Source: Octopus vulgaris (taxonomy: Eukaryota). From it: a stretch of 64,000 bases of DNA. A program made the translations under genes and the position numbers. The stretch is from assembly GCA_951406725.2 (NCBI GenBank), contig OX597816.1, positions 9,238,001 to 9,302,000 on the forward strand. Reading direction: 5' to 3'. The notes under the pieces were generated by a model. It did not search any database, had not been told where the DNA came from, and was given only the letters and a program-made list of their open reading frames with translations. Below are positions 37,199-50,610 of this stretch, piece after piece (positions within the stretch are counted from its first letter, which is position 1; every line of letters begins with the position of its first letter).

Positions 37199-38082
37199 TC
37201 AGCCACCTTCTTTCTTTCTTTTTTCTTTCCTTATGGGAAGTATTCTTTCTCTCCCTATTCTTTACTTGTATAATGTCTTAACAATGCATTCCTATTCTCT
37301 CCCCACTTACTTTCCTCTTCCCCCTCACTAACTGTTACAGTTAAAATCCTTCCTTTCTTTCTTCTCCCCCCTCCTTACATTTTAAAATTTACTTCTCCTC
37401 TAACTCATCTGTTATAACTTCTATATGTACACACCAAGTGATTTTCACACGAGAGCATGGTTGCGTACATATATGTACATGTGTATATGTGCATTTATGT
37501 GTATATTTATGTCTTACATATATATATGTCTGTATATGTATGTAGTCTGTGTGCATCCATCTGTGTATTTTGATGTATACATGTATATTACAGATGGTCT
37601 AGTATGCGTATATACTGTTGTAAAATATTTATGTAATGCAGCGTGAAGATTTTAATTTTAATTTTAATGTATCAATTGAATTATATTTCGCTTATTATTA
37701 TTATTATTTACAATATGTATTTTGAATCTACTCTTCGATTTAAGGTTTTCCTTGATTTTTATAATAGGATGAATTTATATTGAATTCATTTATTTTATAT
37801 ATTTTTGTTTATGTTCATTCATTGCATGCTTAAGACCGTTAATTGAAAGGACCAACGAAACAAATCCATTATTAAAAGTGTATCCTTTAACTAGTTTTGA
37901 TTATTTCGTTATTTCTATTTCTGTTCTATTTTAACACCATTATCTAATGAACGGGAACTCTGAGTAACAGCTTTTGTTATATTTCTGCTGCTTCTAAATA
38001 AAATATATATATACATATGCATCATCATCATCATCATCATCGTTTAGCGTCCGTTTTCCATGCTAGCATGGGTTATATATGC

Positions 38083-38147
<65 letters not shown>

Positions 38148-38160
38148 TGCACACATATGT

Positions 38161-38525
38161 ATGACGCCGTGGTGATCTCATTCCTGCTCACAACATCATA
38201 AGCGGAAAGTGTAACCTCTCGAAAGAGCTGTTCTTCAATCCTGCTCCAGAGCGTCGGCTGCGGGGTCACTCCGAAAAGCTCTATCTGCGACGATTTCATC
38301 TCAATCAAAGGAGAGGGGCTTTCTCCGTCTGGGTTGCGGATCCGTGGAATAAGCTGCCGGACAAGATAGTGAAGATGCCGACGACTGCTCGGTTCAAAGT
38401 CTCCCTTGACCACAAATGGCCTGAACTCTTTGAATGAACACCACCCTGTACATAACTCCATGTCCCCCTACATGGCCTTGCTTTTTGCTTTTTGAGCCAA
38501 AAAATTAACTAACTAACTAACTAAC
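38161..38525 (+). mobile_element. CR1-clade LINE 3' end with (AACT)n tail
   Basis: Translation RRGDLI...LRGHSEKL...RRGAFSV.V.DPWNKLP...FKVSLD..W. Confidence 0.9.
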
Positions 38526-38562
38526 ATATACATATATATATACACACACATACACACATATA

Positions 38563-38968
38563 TCATCATCATCATCATCATCGTTTAATGTCCGTTCTCC
38601 ATGCTAGCATGGGCTGGACTGTTCGACCGGGGTTCTGGGAAGCCAGAAGGCTGCACCAGGCTCCAGTCTTATCTGGCAATGTTTCTACAGCTGGATGCCC
38701 TTCCTAACGCCAACCACTCCATGAGTGTAGTGGGTGCTTTTACGTGCCACCTGCACAGGTGCCAGGCGGGGCTGGCAACGGCCACGGTCGGATTGGTGTA
38801 TTTTATGTGCCACCGGCACGGAAGCCAGTTGAGGCGGCGCTGGCATCGGCCACGAGTCGGATAGTGCTTTTTACGTACCACCAGACCAGGGATCCTGGCT
38901 GATTCAATTCGATTTCGCTTTCGCTTTCGCTTGCCCCAACATGTCTTCGCAAGCAAAGGGGGGTTGGC
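38563..38968 (-). mobile_element. Family 1 SINE-like element with extended 5' part
   Basis: Reverse family 1 pattern. Confidence 0.85.
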
Positions 38969-39036
38969 ATATATATATACATATATATATACATATATAT
39001 ATATACATATACATACATATACATATATATATACAT

Positions 39037-39103
<67 letters not shown>

Positions 39104-39188
39104 TATATATACATATACACACACACATATATATATTAATAGTACGACAATAAAAGAATGAATGAGACCTCAATATTATGTATGTATG

Positions 39189-39240
<52 letters not shown>

Positions 39241-39241
<1 letters not shown>

Positions 39242-39966
39242 CCATTTCTTCGACCAGTCAATATCAGGTGGAGAAAAGATTGGGCCAATGAAATGATGTA
39301 GTGGCATTTTGGGACACTGTCATATTCTCTGATGAGTCCAGATTTTCTGTTAGTGGTCAAGTGTGGGTCTGGAAACACTGTGAAAAGATTGCAACCAACA
39401 ATGAAACACAGTGGGTATTCTATGATGATCTGGGGAGCAATTTAGAGCAATGATCAATCAGGCGTGTGAGGGAAACATAAACTCAGATGAATATGTGTCC
39501 ATATTACAGAAAGGTCTCCTACCAATCTTCTCCAGAGGTGAAATGATTAAAGAAAACTCTTTATTTATGGGGCTCCTTCTCACACGGTTAAAGAGACCCA
39601 AGACTGGTTGGAAGAGAATGAGATCAAAAAGCTTCCATGGCCAAGCCGGTCACCAAAATATGAACCCTATTGAACACCTCTGGGACACAATGGACAGGAC
39701 ACTTCATAAAAAGAACAAGAAAGCATCCTCAAAGCCAGATCTCTTGAGATTACTGCATGAAACTTGGCAAGAAACTCCTCAGAGAGTATTCGTCATCTGA
39801 TCAATAGCATGCCTAGTAGGGTGCTTGCATTGAAAAATGCAAAGGCATGTCTACTAAATATTAGATATTCACATTATAATAATTAACAAATAATTTGAAT
39901 GTATAATTTCAGATTTAAATAAATTTCAACAATTGTAAGGGTGTCTGTCTACTTCTGTCATGTCTG
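39241..39966 (+). mobile_element. Tc1-type transposon remnant (DDE domain, right end)
   Basis: VIFSDES, PTMKH.G.S.MIWG, LPWPSRSP/MNPIEHLW, LINSMPSRV; frameshifted; ends ...CTG|TA. Confidence 0.88.
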
Positions 39967-40289
39967 TATATATGTATATATATTATCAATAGATTTTGTA
40001 ATGATGTCCACTGATGACAGTGAAGACAGTATGTATTGTATCAAGTGATGATGTACAGTATTGTGAACAAATTTAGCTGAAATGTGAGATAGAATAGATA
40101 GCCAAATTTATAGTTAGACAGGAATAAAGGATATGAATAAATGCAGATAGAGGAAGAGACATGGGCGTAGATAGATAGATAGATAGATGATAAAATAAAT
40201 GCAAAAAGATAGTTATAGAGAAATATAGTTAGATATTGACAAAAAAAAGCTAGAGAGATGAAGATAGCTATGAATAGATATGTACGTAT

Positions 40290-40320
<31 letters not shown>

Positions 40321-41484
40321 AAGAAAGAGAGAGAGAGAGAGAAAGAGGAGAGAGAGGTGGAGAACAAAAGAAATATGGAAACTGAATGTTGTATACGATT
40401 TTAGTGCCTATCGGTCACTAAATCATACTAAGCCCTTTTAAATTGAACACTTATGCATTATAATACTGCAGAATACTGACCAAGCAATTTAGTAGTTGTA
40501 GCATTTTGTGAGGATAGCTGACTGCTGAAATATTCCGCAGCATACTAGAGATAAAACTTAAGAGAGTGTGCTTGAATAAACACAGCGATAAAATTATTGT
40601 AGTACAAATATAATATAGTAAAAGAGATCTGATACATTATTCTCTGGATTTTCATATTGTCATTTCAACCCATTGAATTTGGCAGTAAATTTTTATGCAG
40701 AGGCTGGCATTGTGTGAACTGATCTCTAGAATGCAAGTATTAATATGCTGTCGAAGATAAATTCGGCCAAATGCCATTTCTTTAAGAAAAAAATTGAACA
40801 TCAACAGAAATTCAGATAAGCTGAAGTGATCACTGCATCTCCTCTGAATGATAGCATTGAATTTGGCAAGTTCTTGTAATGAAGCAAAATCATGTCACTT
40901 AGCCAAATAATTCAAAATAGGAACTGAACAAGATTTGTCCAAGAAAACACAATTTCAGAAAGCAGTTAAAAAGTTCTTTCTGTAATGCAGTTCTTATTGA
41001 GAAATATCAGCCACATTTTGATTCAAATGCAAACAATTAAAGTAAAGATGAAAGGAAACAGATTCTATAAGAAAGCTTGCCCATTTGTCATGTTTTTATT
41101 GCAAATATAAAAATTAAAAACTTGGCTTTCCTTGCTGTAGGAATTCACAGCAAGAATCTCAATTTAATGTAAGTAGGCTACCTATCTTTCTAGCTGAATT
41201 TGTCCACAATATAGTACTTTATCATGCACTAAATAAATGCTGTCTTCATTGAAATCACAGGATATCATTACAAAACCTTTCAATAATTTAACCATCCATC
41301 CTTCCAGCCAGTCATTCATCCACTCATACATTCATCCATCTATCTATACATATATAAATACACACATACAATCCATAAGCAGTACAAGTGGAGAAGATGA
41401 AGCGGGGGAAACATTGTAAGGAAAAGATTCCATTCCCAGCAAGATCTAAAATCATTCTGGTCTAAAATCTGGAACAAGATCTTC

Positions 41485-41723
41485 TTTTACTTGTTTCTTT
41501 CATTAGACTGTGGCCATGCTGGGGCACTGCTCTAAAGAGGTTTTTGTTGAATGAATCAATCCCTGTAGTTGTTACTTCTTTGTAAAGTCTGGTGCTTATT
41601 TTATCGGTCTCTCTTGCTGAAGCACTAAGTTACAGGGAGATAAACACACCAATACTGGTGGTCAAGTGGTGGTGAGGGACAAGCACATGCACATACATGC
41701 ATGCACGCGCACATACATGCATG

Positions 41724-41772
<49 letters not shown>

Positions 41773-42613
41773 ACGCGTGCATGCGTGACAGGCTCCCTTC
41801 AGTTTCTGTCTACCAAATCCACTTTCAAGGCTTTGGTCAGACCAAGGTTACAGTAGAAAATACTTGCCCCAAGGTGCCATGCAGTGGGAGTGAAACTGGA
41901 ATAAGATGGTTGGGAAGCAAACTTCTTACCACACAGCCACAGACAATACTGTACCACCGTCAGCAGTAAAAACCAATCTGATTAATGTCATAACAGTCAC
42001 CAAAGTAGAGGTAAAGTTGCATCATGGGAAGGCACTAAGCAGTGATCTCATAGTTGGCTACTGGTAAAAAATGATTTTTTTTTTATAGAAAGCCACTTAT
42101 AGATATATTTATAAAAAGCTATAGAAGGTCAGATCAACATACTGAACTGGTTTGTTAAAATCCAAGTGAAACTTGTCACCAAGACTGCAAAGTCTTAACA
42201 CAACATACAAACTGCACACAAGTTGCATGAACTAATTCCCCTTAAGACCCTTTCAATCTATTAATATAGTTATTGGTGAGCAGGCAGGCAAATAAAAAGG
42301 AGTGTGGGGATGGGCCAAACAACTTTTAGTAAATGAAGCTATGCTGTCTAAAGTAAGAAAACACTGTCATCTGTAGAAAAATACTGACCTAGGATAGAAC
42401 TAGGATAAATAAACAACACTTTTGCTTGCAAAGAAACATAACGGCACAGGAGTGGCTGTGTGGTAAGTAGCTTGCTAACCAACCACATGGTTCCGGGTTC
42501 AGTCCCACTGCGTGGCATCTTGGGCAAGTGTCTTCAGCTATAGCCCCGGGCCGACCAATGCCTTGTGAGTGGATTTGGTAGACGGAAGCTGAAAGAAGCC
42601 TGTCGTATATATG

Positions 42614-42644
<31 letters not shown>

Positions 42645-42861
42645 TTGTGTGTCTGTGTTTGTCCCCCAACATCGCTTGACAACCGATGCTTGTGTGTTTA
42701 CGTCCCCGTCACTTAGCGGTTTGGCAAAAGAGACCGATAGAATAAGTACTGGGCTTACAAAGAATAAGTCCCGGGGTCGATTTGCTCGACTAAAGGCGGT
42801 GCTCCAGCATGGCCGCAGTCAAATGACTGAAACAAGTAAAAGAGTAAAAGAGTAAAAAGAG
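41485..42861. mobile_element. Head-to-head inverted family 3 SINEs
   Basis: 41485-41940 (-, older) and 42443-42861 (+, near consensus). Confidence 0.82.
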
Positions 42862-43419
42862 TTTAACGCAAAGAATGTTGCTCATAAATACATAATGCAA
42901 AGAATGTTGAGGGAATGTTCTCATCAAAACTTCTACCAAATGCAAATATAACAGGCCTGGTATAGTTATTTGGAACAGAAAAGAAAATTAGGTATAGTCA
43001 AGAGGTTAAAGGGCCTGCTGATGTGAACATCTTTTCCAAAATTACCGAGAAGGAGAACATTTATGGAGAATTGCTTTGAAACTTGCAGCTCTTCTACCTT
43101 GATTATAAATCATGTTTTTACCTATAATAATTGGTGCACTTGATTATTCTAGTAAATGCTTGAGTGAAAATCTGGAAAAGCTAGGAAATGAAAGATACAG
43201 AGAGCTATATTTACTAATACAATTTCAAAATGGAATGGTAAAAAGATGCAAGATTTTTCTAAAGTTCGGCATGGAGAAATTGTCATTGCTATTATCCTTA
43301 TTTTATTGAAGGAACTTCTGTTTCTCTATTAGAAACCAGCTTCCTCATTCTACGAAGAATTTTAATAAATAAATAAATACATTTAATATCATTGTCAAAT
43401 CGTTCCGTAATGTGATTCC

Positions 43420-43743
43420 CATTAAACTCCTGCTTGGATTTACAGTGGACTTTTCATTATTTATGAACTACAGATAAAATTCCATGGTCGCTCGATACCT
43501 TGTTCAATTGATATTCTCAAACACTGTACCAAATACCCTTTATCTTGTATGTCTACTCTGTTGCTTCAAAAGTCAAGCTTTGTTCTTTGAAATATCCTGA
43601 ACTCTAATCTATTGATTTAAATTCTACAGACCAGTCTTCCTGACCTTAAGTAATTGTAACTTTCTTCAAAAGATGTTATCCATTTGTTCAAATTCAACTG
43701 AGAATGCAACACTCCCAACTTATGGACAGCAAGCATTTAAAAT
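43420..43743 (-). repeat. Right arm of 324-bp long-range inverted repeat
   Basis: Reverse complement of 34244-34567. Confidence 0.97.
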
Positions 43744-43907
43744 TGTTATAAACATTATCCCTAAGCATATTCCAAGATGAACATTACCTTCCAAATTAAC
43801 ATCAAACATTCTACTTACATGCTCTAATTCGACTTTTTTTTAATCCTTTAGCATTCAGATTACTCTGTCATGATGTTAAGATAAGGAGACACAAACATGC
43901 TTGCACT

Positions 43908-44064
43908 CATACATACATACATATGTACATACATATGTACATCCATCCATACATCCATCCATCCATACATCCATCCATCCATCCATCCATCCATCCATCC
44001 ATCCATCCATACATACATACATACATACATACATACATACATACATACATACATACATACATAC
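43908..44064. repeat. Compound (TACA)n/(TCCA)n microsatellite
   Basis: Directly visible. Confidence 0.95.
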
Positions 44065-46442
44065 TTCTTTCAAGCTTCTTTCAGTTTCTCTCTACCAAAT
44101 TCAGTCTCAAGGCTTTGATTGTTCAGCGGCTATAGAAGAAGACACTTATCCAAGGTACCATGCAGTGGGATTGAACCCAAAGCCATGTGGCTGGAAAGCA
44201 AACTTTTTAACCACATAACCACATCTGCAGTATTTCCTTTTATTTATTTTTCAACCTGTCTCAATTGCAAAATACTTGGACGACATTTTTCTATCGTTAA
44301 ATTTTACTAATTCGTATTCTGGAAGGTACATTTTAAAATATTCCAAAGGTTACTTATTCAGAAAGATTACTAGTGTCTTGGGAGGGTCATTACATCAATA
44401 ATGAAGATTATTTGTAATATAAAGAAAATCTTAGAAGTAACATACTGAGGCTTCATTCCAGTCTATACAATTAATTTTAAGTTAGATTACAATGTGACAT
44501 CATACAAGCAATTGACTTCTTTGAAGATCTTTATCCAATCTCTCCCTCTCTCTCTCTCCCTCCCTCTCCTCTTCTCTCTCATTTTAATTATAAATCTAAT
44601 AAAAGACTAATTTGCAATTGAGTTCCGTCTTTTGCAGGCTCATCAATTTCTAAATTAAACTATTCATAGGTTCGTCTTAGATGTTTTTATATACTTAAAA
44701 TCCTGCAAAACATCTAAAGAAAACTATTTCAAATGCTGCACACAACAGTATGTAGGAGATTATCTCAGATTTCAAAGTGTTAGATGGTTGAGAGATATTT
44801 CATACAATGAGAAAAATCGCTGTTAATTCGCCAGTTTTTCTCAAAGGAAATACTCGTTAATTACACTTCACTCTTATGAGTCAAAAAAAAAAAAAAGAAT
44901 TCTCCTTGTATGCATTCAATAAGCTAGGAACAGCAGCCAAATCTTTCTAAAACCACACTACACTGTCCTAATGAAGAAATATACTGGCTAGTGAAGTCCA
45001 GGATGTTTTGTTCTTTTATTTGTTTCAGCCATTAGCTTGTGGTCATGCTGGGGCACCAGCTTAAAGGTTTGAACAAATTGACCCCGGTACTTATTCTTAA
45101 GCCTGAAACTTATTCTATTGATTTCTATTTTGCTGAACCACAAAGTTATGGGAGGTAAACAAACCAACACCAGTTGTCAAATGGTGATGGAGGACAAACA
45201 CATATGCAAACACATACACACAGAAATAGATAAATATATCATCATCATCATTTAACATCGGTTTTCCATGCTGGCATGGGTTGGATGGTTTCATAGGAGT
45301 TAGCAAGTCAGAGAACTGCACCAGGCTCCAAGTGTCTGTTTTGGCATGGTTTCTATGGCCCTTCTAAATGCCAACCACTTTTACAGAATGTACTGGGTGC
45401 TTTTTATGTGGCTTTTAGTTTGTGCCTATCAAATCCACTCACAGGTGTTTGGCCTGCTTGGAGCTATAGCAGAAGACACTTGCTCAAGTTGCCTTACAGT
45501 AGGATTGAACCTGGAACCATGTGGGTGAGATTCTACACAGCCATGCCCTGCCTGAGCCTATGTCTACAAAAAAGAACTGGGTAATCATGATGATAATGTC
45601 TCTGATCATAGGACTGCTCTATTAGAGTTGAGCATTAGACCAAATAACAACAACAACAGCAATGTTCTTACATTTTACAGCAGCCTATGAAACCCTTCCA
45701 AACAGACCTATTTACAAACAGGGGGATTATTTGGGGATTATTTTGACTTTCATATTTTAGTTTAGAAAAGATCCTGGCAACACATTGTGTCCTTGAGCAA
45801 GACACTTTCTTTTACTTTGCACCAGTCCACTCAGCTGGCAAAAATGGGTTGAACCTGTAAAGCAAAGGACCAGCCTTGTCACATTCTGTCTCACATTCAA
45901 TCTCGCTAAGAACTACATTAAGGGTATGCATGTCTGAGGGGTGCTGAGCCACTTGCAGGTTAATTTCACAAGCAGGCTGTTCCGTTGACCGGATCAACTG
46001 AAATACTTGTTGTGACCGACGGAATGTCAGCTTTAGTTTAGAGAAGAGCTGTAATGTCTATAGATTTAGCAGGTACATGAATTAATTTATATAAAGTGAT
46101 ACCTGGATAGAAAAAAAAAAAAATGACTAGGGAACTACAATTTTCAGAGAGTTGTTGTCCTGTAAATAAAACTTTAGAGAGCGAGGTTTTTTTGAGTTTT
46201 AGAAGTGAAGTGCAGAAGTAGGAATGGACTGGACCACCACTGGCAGAAGCAGCCGTCCAAGAATTTGGACCTGGAGATCTCCATTTCCAGCGACTTCGAG
46301 GGCCACCTCCCAGTGGTGTCAGGCGTCAATGAAGAACCCTCGACTACAAGACCAATGTTGCTTTCTTTTTCTTCCAAAGTCTAGGGTCTCCGCCCCTAAG
46401 CCCCAGACCATCACCTAATCACCCTTACCCGTCTTGTTGTTT

Positions 46443-46470
46443 AACAACAACAACAACAGCAGCAACAGCA

Positions 46471-46502
<32 letters not shown>

Positions 46503-46590
46503 ACCACCGCCACCGCCACCACAACCGCCACCGCCACCACCACCGCCACCGCCACCACCACCGCCACCGCCACCGCCACCACCACCACTA
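46443..46590. repeat. (AAC)n then (CAC/CGC)n microsatellite
   Basis: Directly visible; source of spurious poly-Gly ORF. Confidence 0.95.
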
Positions 46591-46599
46591 ACTATTTTT

Positions 46600-46810
46600 C
46601 TAAGCCGGCATCTTGCCACTTTTGGTCACGTTTCATTTTTTTTTTTATGTGCTTCAACCTATTTAGATTGGCTTTCACCACTCATTCCAACGTCTCACTC
46701 TTCTGTTTGGCTTTTTCCACTTGGATTATATGGCATTTCTTTAACCAAATGTCATCCTCCATATGCATCATATGTTTGTTTATACCACCTCACTCTTCTC
46801 TCTGAAGCAT
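46600..46810 (-). mobile_element. Decayed RTE-type LINE 3' fragment
   Basis: Minus ...H.MHMEDDIWLKKC...ETLE/W.EVVKANL pattern. Confidence 0.5.
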
Positions 46811-47172
46811 TACTTCAGAGATGTGTGTGTGTGTGAGTATGTGTGTGTGTGTATTGTTATGCATGTAAAACACGTGAAGAGGATCAGAGAAATTTAGTAA
46901 TCAAAAATCAGAATTTAGCATGAACACGAAAGCACAGCCAGGGCTAATACTCCCATCACCTTCACTTCCTTTCTAATATAGCTTTTCCAGAAAGATAGAA
47001 ATGTAATTAACTGGAAACTGTCATATAATTTACTGGCTTACAATGTCAAGAATTGATCTTGAAATAATAAAAACTAAAACATTAAATATTAAAACAGTAA
47101 TGTTATATAGCAATACTTGTAATTTTCAGTGAAAATCAGCATGAATATATTCTCTCCTCCCCCTCCTCCTCC

Positions 47173-47321
<149 letters not shown>

Positions 47322-47464
47322 CACCATTGTTGTTTTTGTTGGGCATACATACTTTCATTTCCAATATCAAATGTTTATTTTGCCATTTGTACAGCAAAAA
47401 GATGTGAAAGAATATGTTAACATATTCCAAGTGCCAAGATGTAAGAATTGACTCAGATACTTAC

Positions 47465-47599
47465 ATTAACATTTCTTTTTGAAGTTGAATTTGGCTTCCA
47501 ATTGTATTTATTAAAGATCCATTCGTAATTCTCAGGAGCACCATCTGTTACTAGCATGATAGCTTTGTTGCAGCAAGTTTCATTATTGACTTTGTTTTG
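47465..47599 (-). CDS. CACNA2D3: alpha2delta exon C (135 nt): [45 protein letters not shown]
   Basis: tttcatttgcag acceptor, gtaagt donor; [11 protein letters not shown] and IFxKYNW motifs. Confidence 0.96.
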
Positions 47600-47843
47600 C
47601 TGCAAATGAAATGGTACATTAGTTTGTGAATTATATTTCGGAAAAGATGGAAGATGTGAAAAGTCTGTCGAAAGAAAGACGTTAACAGAGAAAGCAAAAA
47701 GTGAAGTTGCTTGGAATGAATACAGAGAGAAGAGAAGAGGAGAATGATAGCAGATTGGAGAGAAATAATAAGGAGAATAAAGTAATATGCAGAAGAGACA
47801 AAAAAAAAAAAGAAAAAGAAAATTATTGAAACTGAATGAATAT

Positions 47844-48066
<223 letters not shown>

Positions 48067-49150
48067 TATATACATATTTATATATACATATATAGTCATA
48101 TTGGCAATCATCTCATAATTGCAAGCTTTATGTTTGATCAAAACTTCATACAAGGATGTCTATGCATTGACAAAACGTTATTAGAGGTATTTACTTTTGC
48201 TTTGTACAGACATGTGTATATATATATAGATTGATACTTACTGTATGAATATAAAAGAAAAAAGACTTAAAAAAAAAATGTAGACATAGTGAAACTGTAT
48301 CTGAAACTAAACACAAAACAACAAGCAAACACTCCAGTCTCACACATCTTCTTTGTGTCTGCTCTTCTCTATTGATTGAGTTGAAAATCCAGACAAATGC
48401 ATCTACACGCATTCAGACACAAACACACATCCTGCCTCACTCACACACGCACATGTATAATAATGGCTCAGATAAAATGCTAGCATCTCCTTCATCTTTC
48501 CCCTCCATCCTCCCAACATCTTTTCCCCTCATTATCATTCTATTCTCTAATCTATTATCTCTACTACAATTATAATTTTCTCCTTGTAAGACATATGATC
48601 TTCATCTAGCATCATCATCATCATCATATTTGTTTTTACTTTTTGTTCTGTCATCACTGTCTTCTTCTTCTTCTTCCACTCATTCTTCTTTTTCTTTTCC
48701 CTCTAGATGAAGTGACCTAGTGAAGAATATGCATTCAAACTTGTTATTGAGGTCAGCCTCTTACAGCTTCTGAGTGAAGGTCAGGTACTGGGGTGGTGAA
48801 AGGGTCAAGATCTAGTTCATAACAATGTTCACTGCAGCAATCTGCTTATGATTGTGAGGCTTTTTGCATCTCAGTTGGGTTTTGGAATTGTAGCTCATAA
48901 ATCCATATCCCAATACTGGTTCATATTGTGCTCACAAACAAGGCAATTGCTTTGAATTTTATAACAGATGAACACTAATGCAACAGACAGGTTCCAAACA
49001 AAATCTGGAGGAATACAAAAGGTCAAGTAAAAACACGGCTTGTGAATTTGCTGCAGTTTTGAAGAAGATATTTAAAACTTGGCTCATGTTGTTCATACAG
49101 TCGTACTTTATGAATAAATGGCATTAAAGTTAGAAATATAATACTATATG

Positions 49151-49360
49151 AAGGAGAGGAGCTTTCTCCGTCCGGGTTGCAGATCCGTGGAACAAGCTGC
49201 CAGACGAGATGGTGAAGATGCCGACGACCGCTTTGTTCAAAGTCTCCCTTGACCTCAAGTGGCCTGAACTCTTTACATGAACACCACTCTGTACTTAACT
49301 CCATGTCCCCCTACATGGCCTTGCTATTTGCTTTTGAGCCAAAAATTAACTAACTAACTA
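49151..49360 (+). mobile_element. CR1 3' end, second shorter copy
   Basis: High identity to 38307-38525; (AACT)n tail. Confidence 0.88.
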
Positions 49361-50059
49361 TTTGTTATCATCATCATCATTATTTTATGCTTGCTTTGCC
49401 AGGACTTTGTCAAGGTGTCTTTTCTATGGCGAGGTGCTTTTCCTGTTACCAACCCTCACCTGTTGTTTAACATCAAGAAATACTTTACTGCCACCAAAGG
49501 TAATAATTTTCCCGTGGCTTGACATTGTTGAGAACACCACCACCACCACCACCACCACCACCACCACCACCATCGCCATCACTGCCATGTGGTTGGGAAG
49601 TGAATGTTTTGATCAACCACACAACCATGCTTCCACTTCATGAACATAAAATAATAATTTAACAATGACCGGAGTTATGAATATAAATGAAAGATGAAAA
49701 AGATGAGGATAACAAAGTGGTTTCAGATGTTGGGTATGGCTTCTAAATGATAATTACAATAGAAAGAAGTCAAATATAACTTGCAATATATGAAACAGGT
49801 CATGACAAAAAGTGTCTAGACTGAAAGGTGGCTAAGTCGATGTTTTTCCTACTACTTATCGATATAATAAACAAAGGATTAAATGATTGAAGTAGGCATG
49901 ATTCAGTTGGTTTTATTAATTTCCTTTTGATCCAGATTTTTTTACAGTTACAAAAACATAATGACAGACAAGAGAATTTAGTAAATTCATTTGCTGTGTG
50001 AGTAGAAGAGAATCTAATATTTTGGGCCTTGTATATATATATATATATATATATATATA

Positions 50060-50183
50060 CTTTATTTAAAGCAGAGTAACAGGTTTTGTTGAATTTTCTG
50101 CTGCTTTAAATAAAGCATATTACTCTACCACTGGTATTTGAGTACTCTTTTTCCACCTTGTTTCACATGTATGTGTTTACTCC

Positions 50184-50185
<2 letters not shown>
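50060..50185 (+). mobile_element. Short Penelope-like end fragment with 15-bp 5' inversion in (TA)n
   Basis: Arms 50060-50074 and 50101-50115; homologous to 37962-38003. Confidence 0.6.
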
Positions 50186-50258
<73 letters not shown>

Positions 50259-50341
50259 ACCCATGCTAGCATGGAAAACGGACGTTAAACGATGATGATG
50301 ATGATGATGTTTTATATATATATATATAAATACATAACTAT

Positions 50342-50610
50342 AACTGGCACTCTATCAGTTACAATAAGGGTTCCAATTGATTTGATCGTCAAATTAATGT
50401 GCAAGTGATTGAGCACTCTACAGGCACATGTACCCTTAATGTAGTTCTCGGGGAGATTTAGTGTGACACAGAATATGTCAAGGCTGGCCCTTTGGAATGC
50501 AGGTACTACTCATTTTTGCCAGCTGACTGGACTGGAGCAACAAGAAATAAAGTATCTTGCTCAAAGACACAATGCATAGCCAGGAATTGAGCTCATGACC
50601 TTACGATTTT
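50342..50610 (-). mobile_element. Older SINE sharing family 4 3' body
   Basis: gtacccttaatgtagttctcggg...gtgacacaga matches 25865-25908; similar copy at ~45780-46025 (+). Confidence 0.65.
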
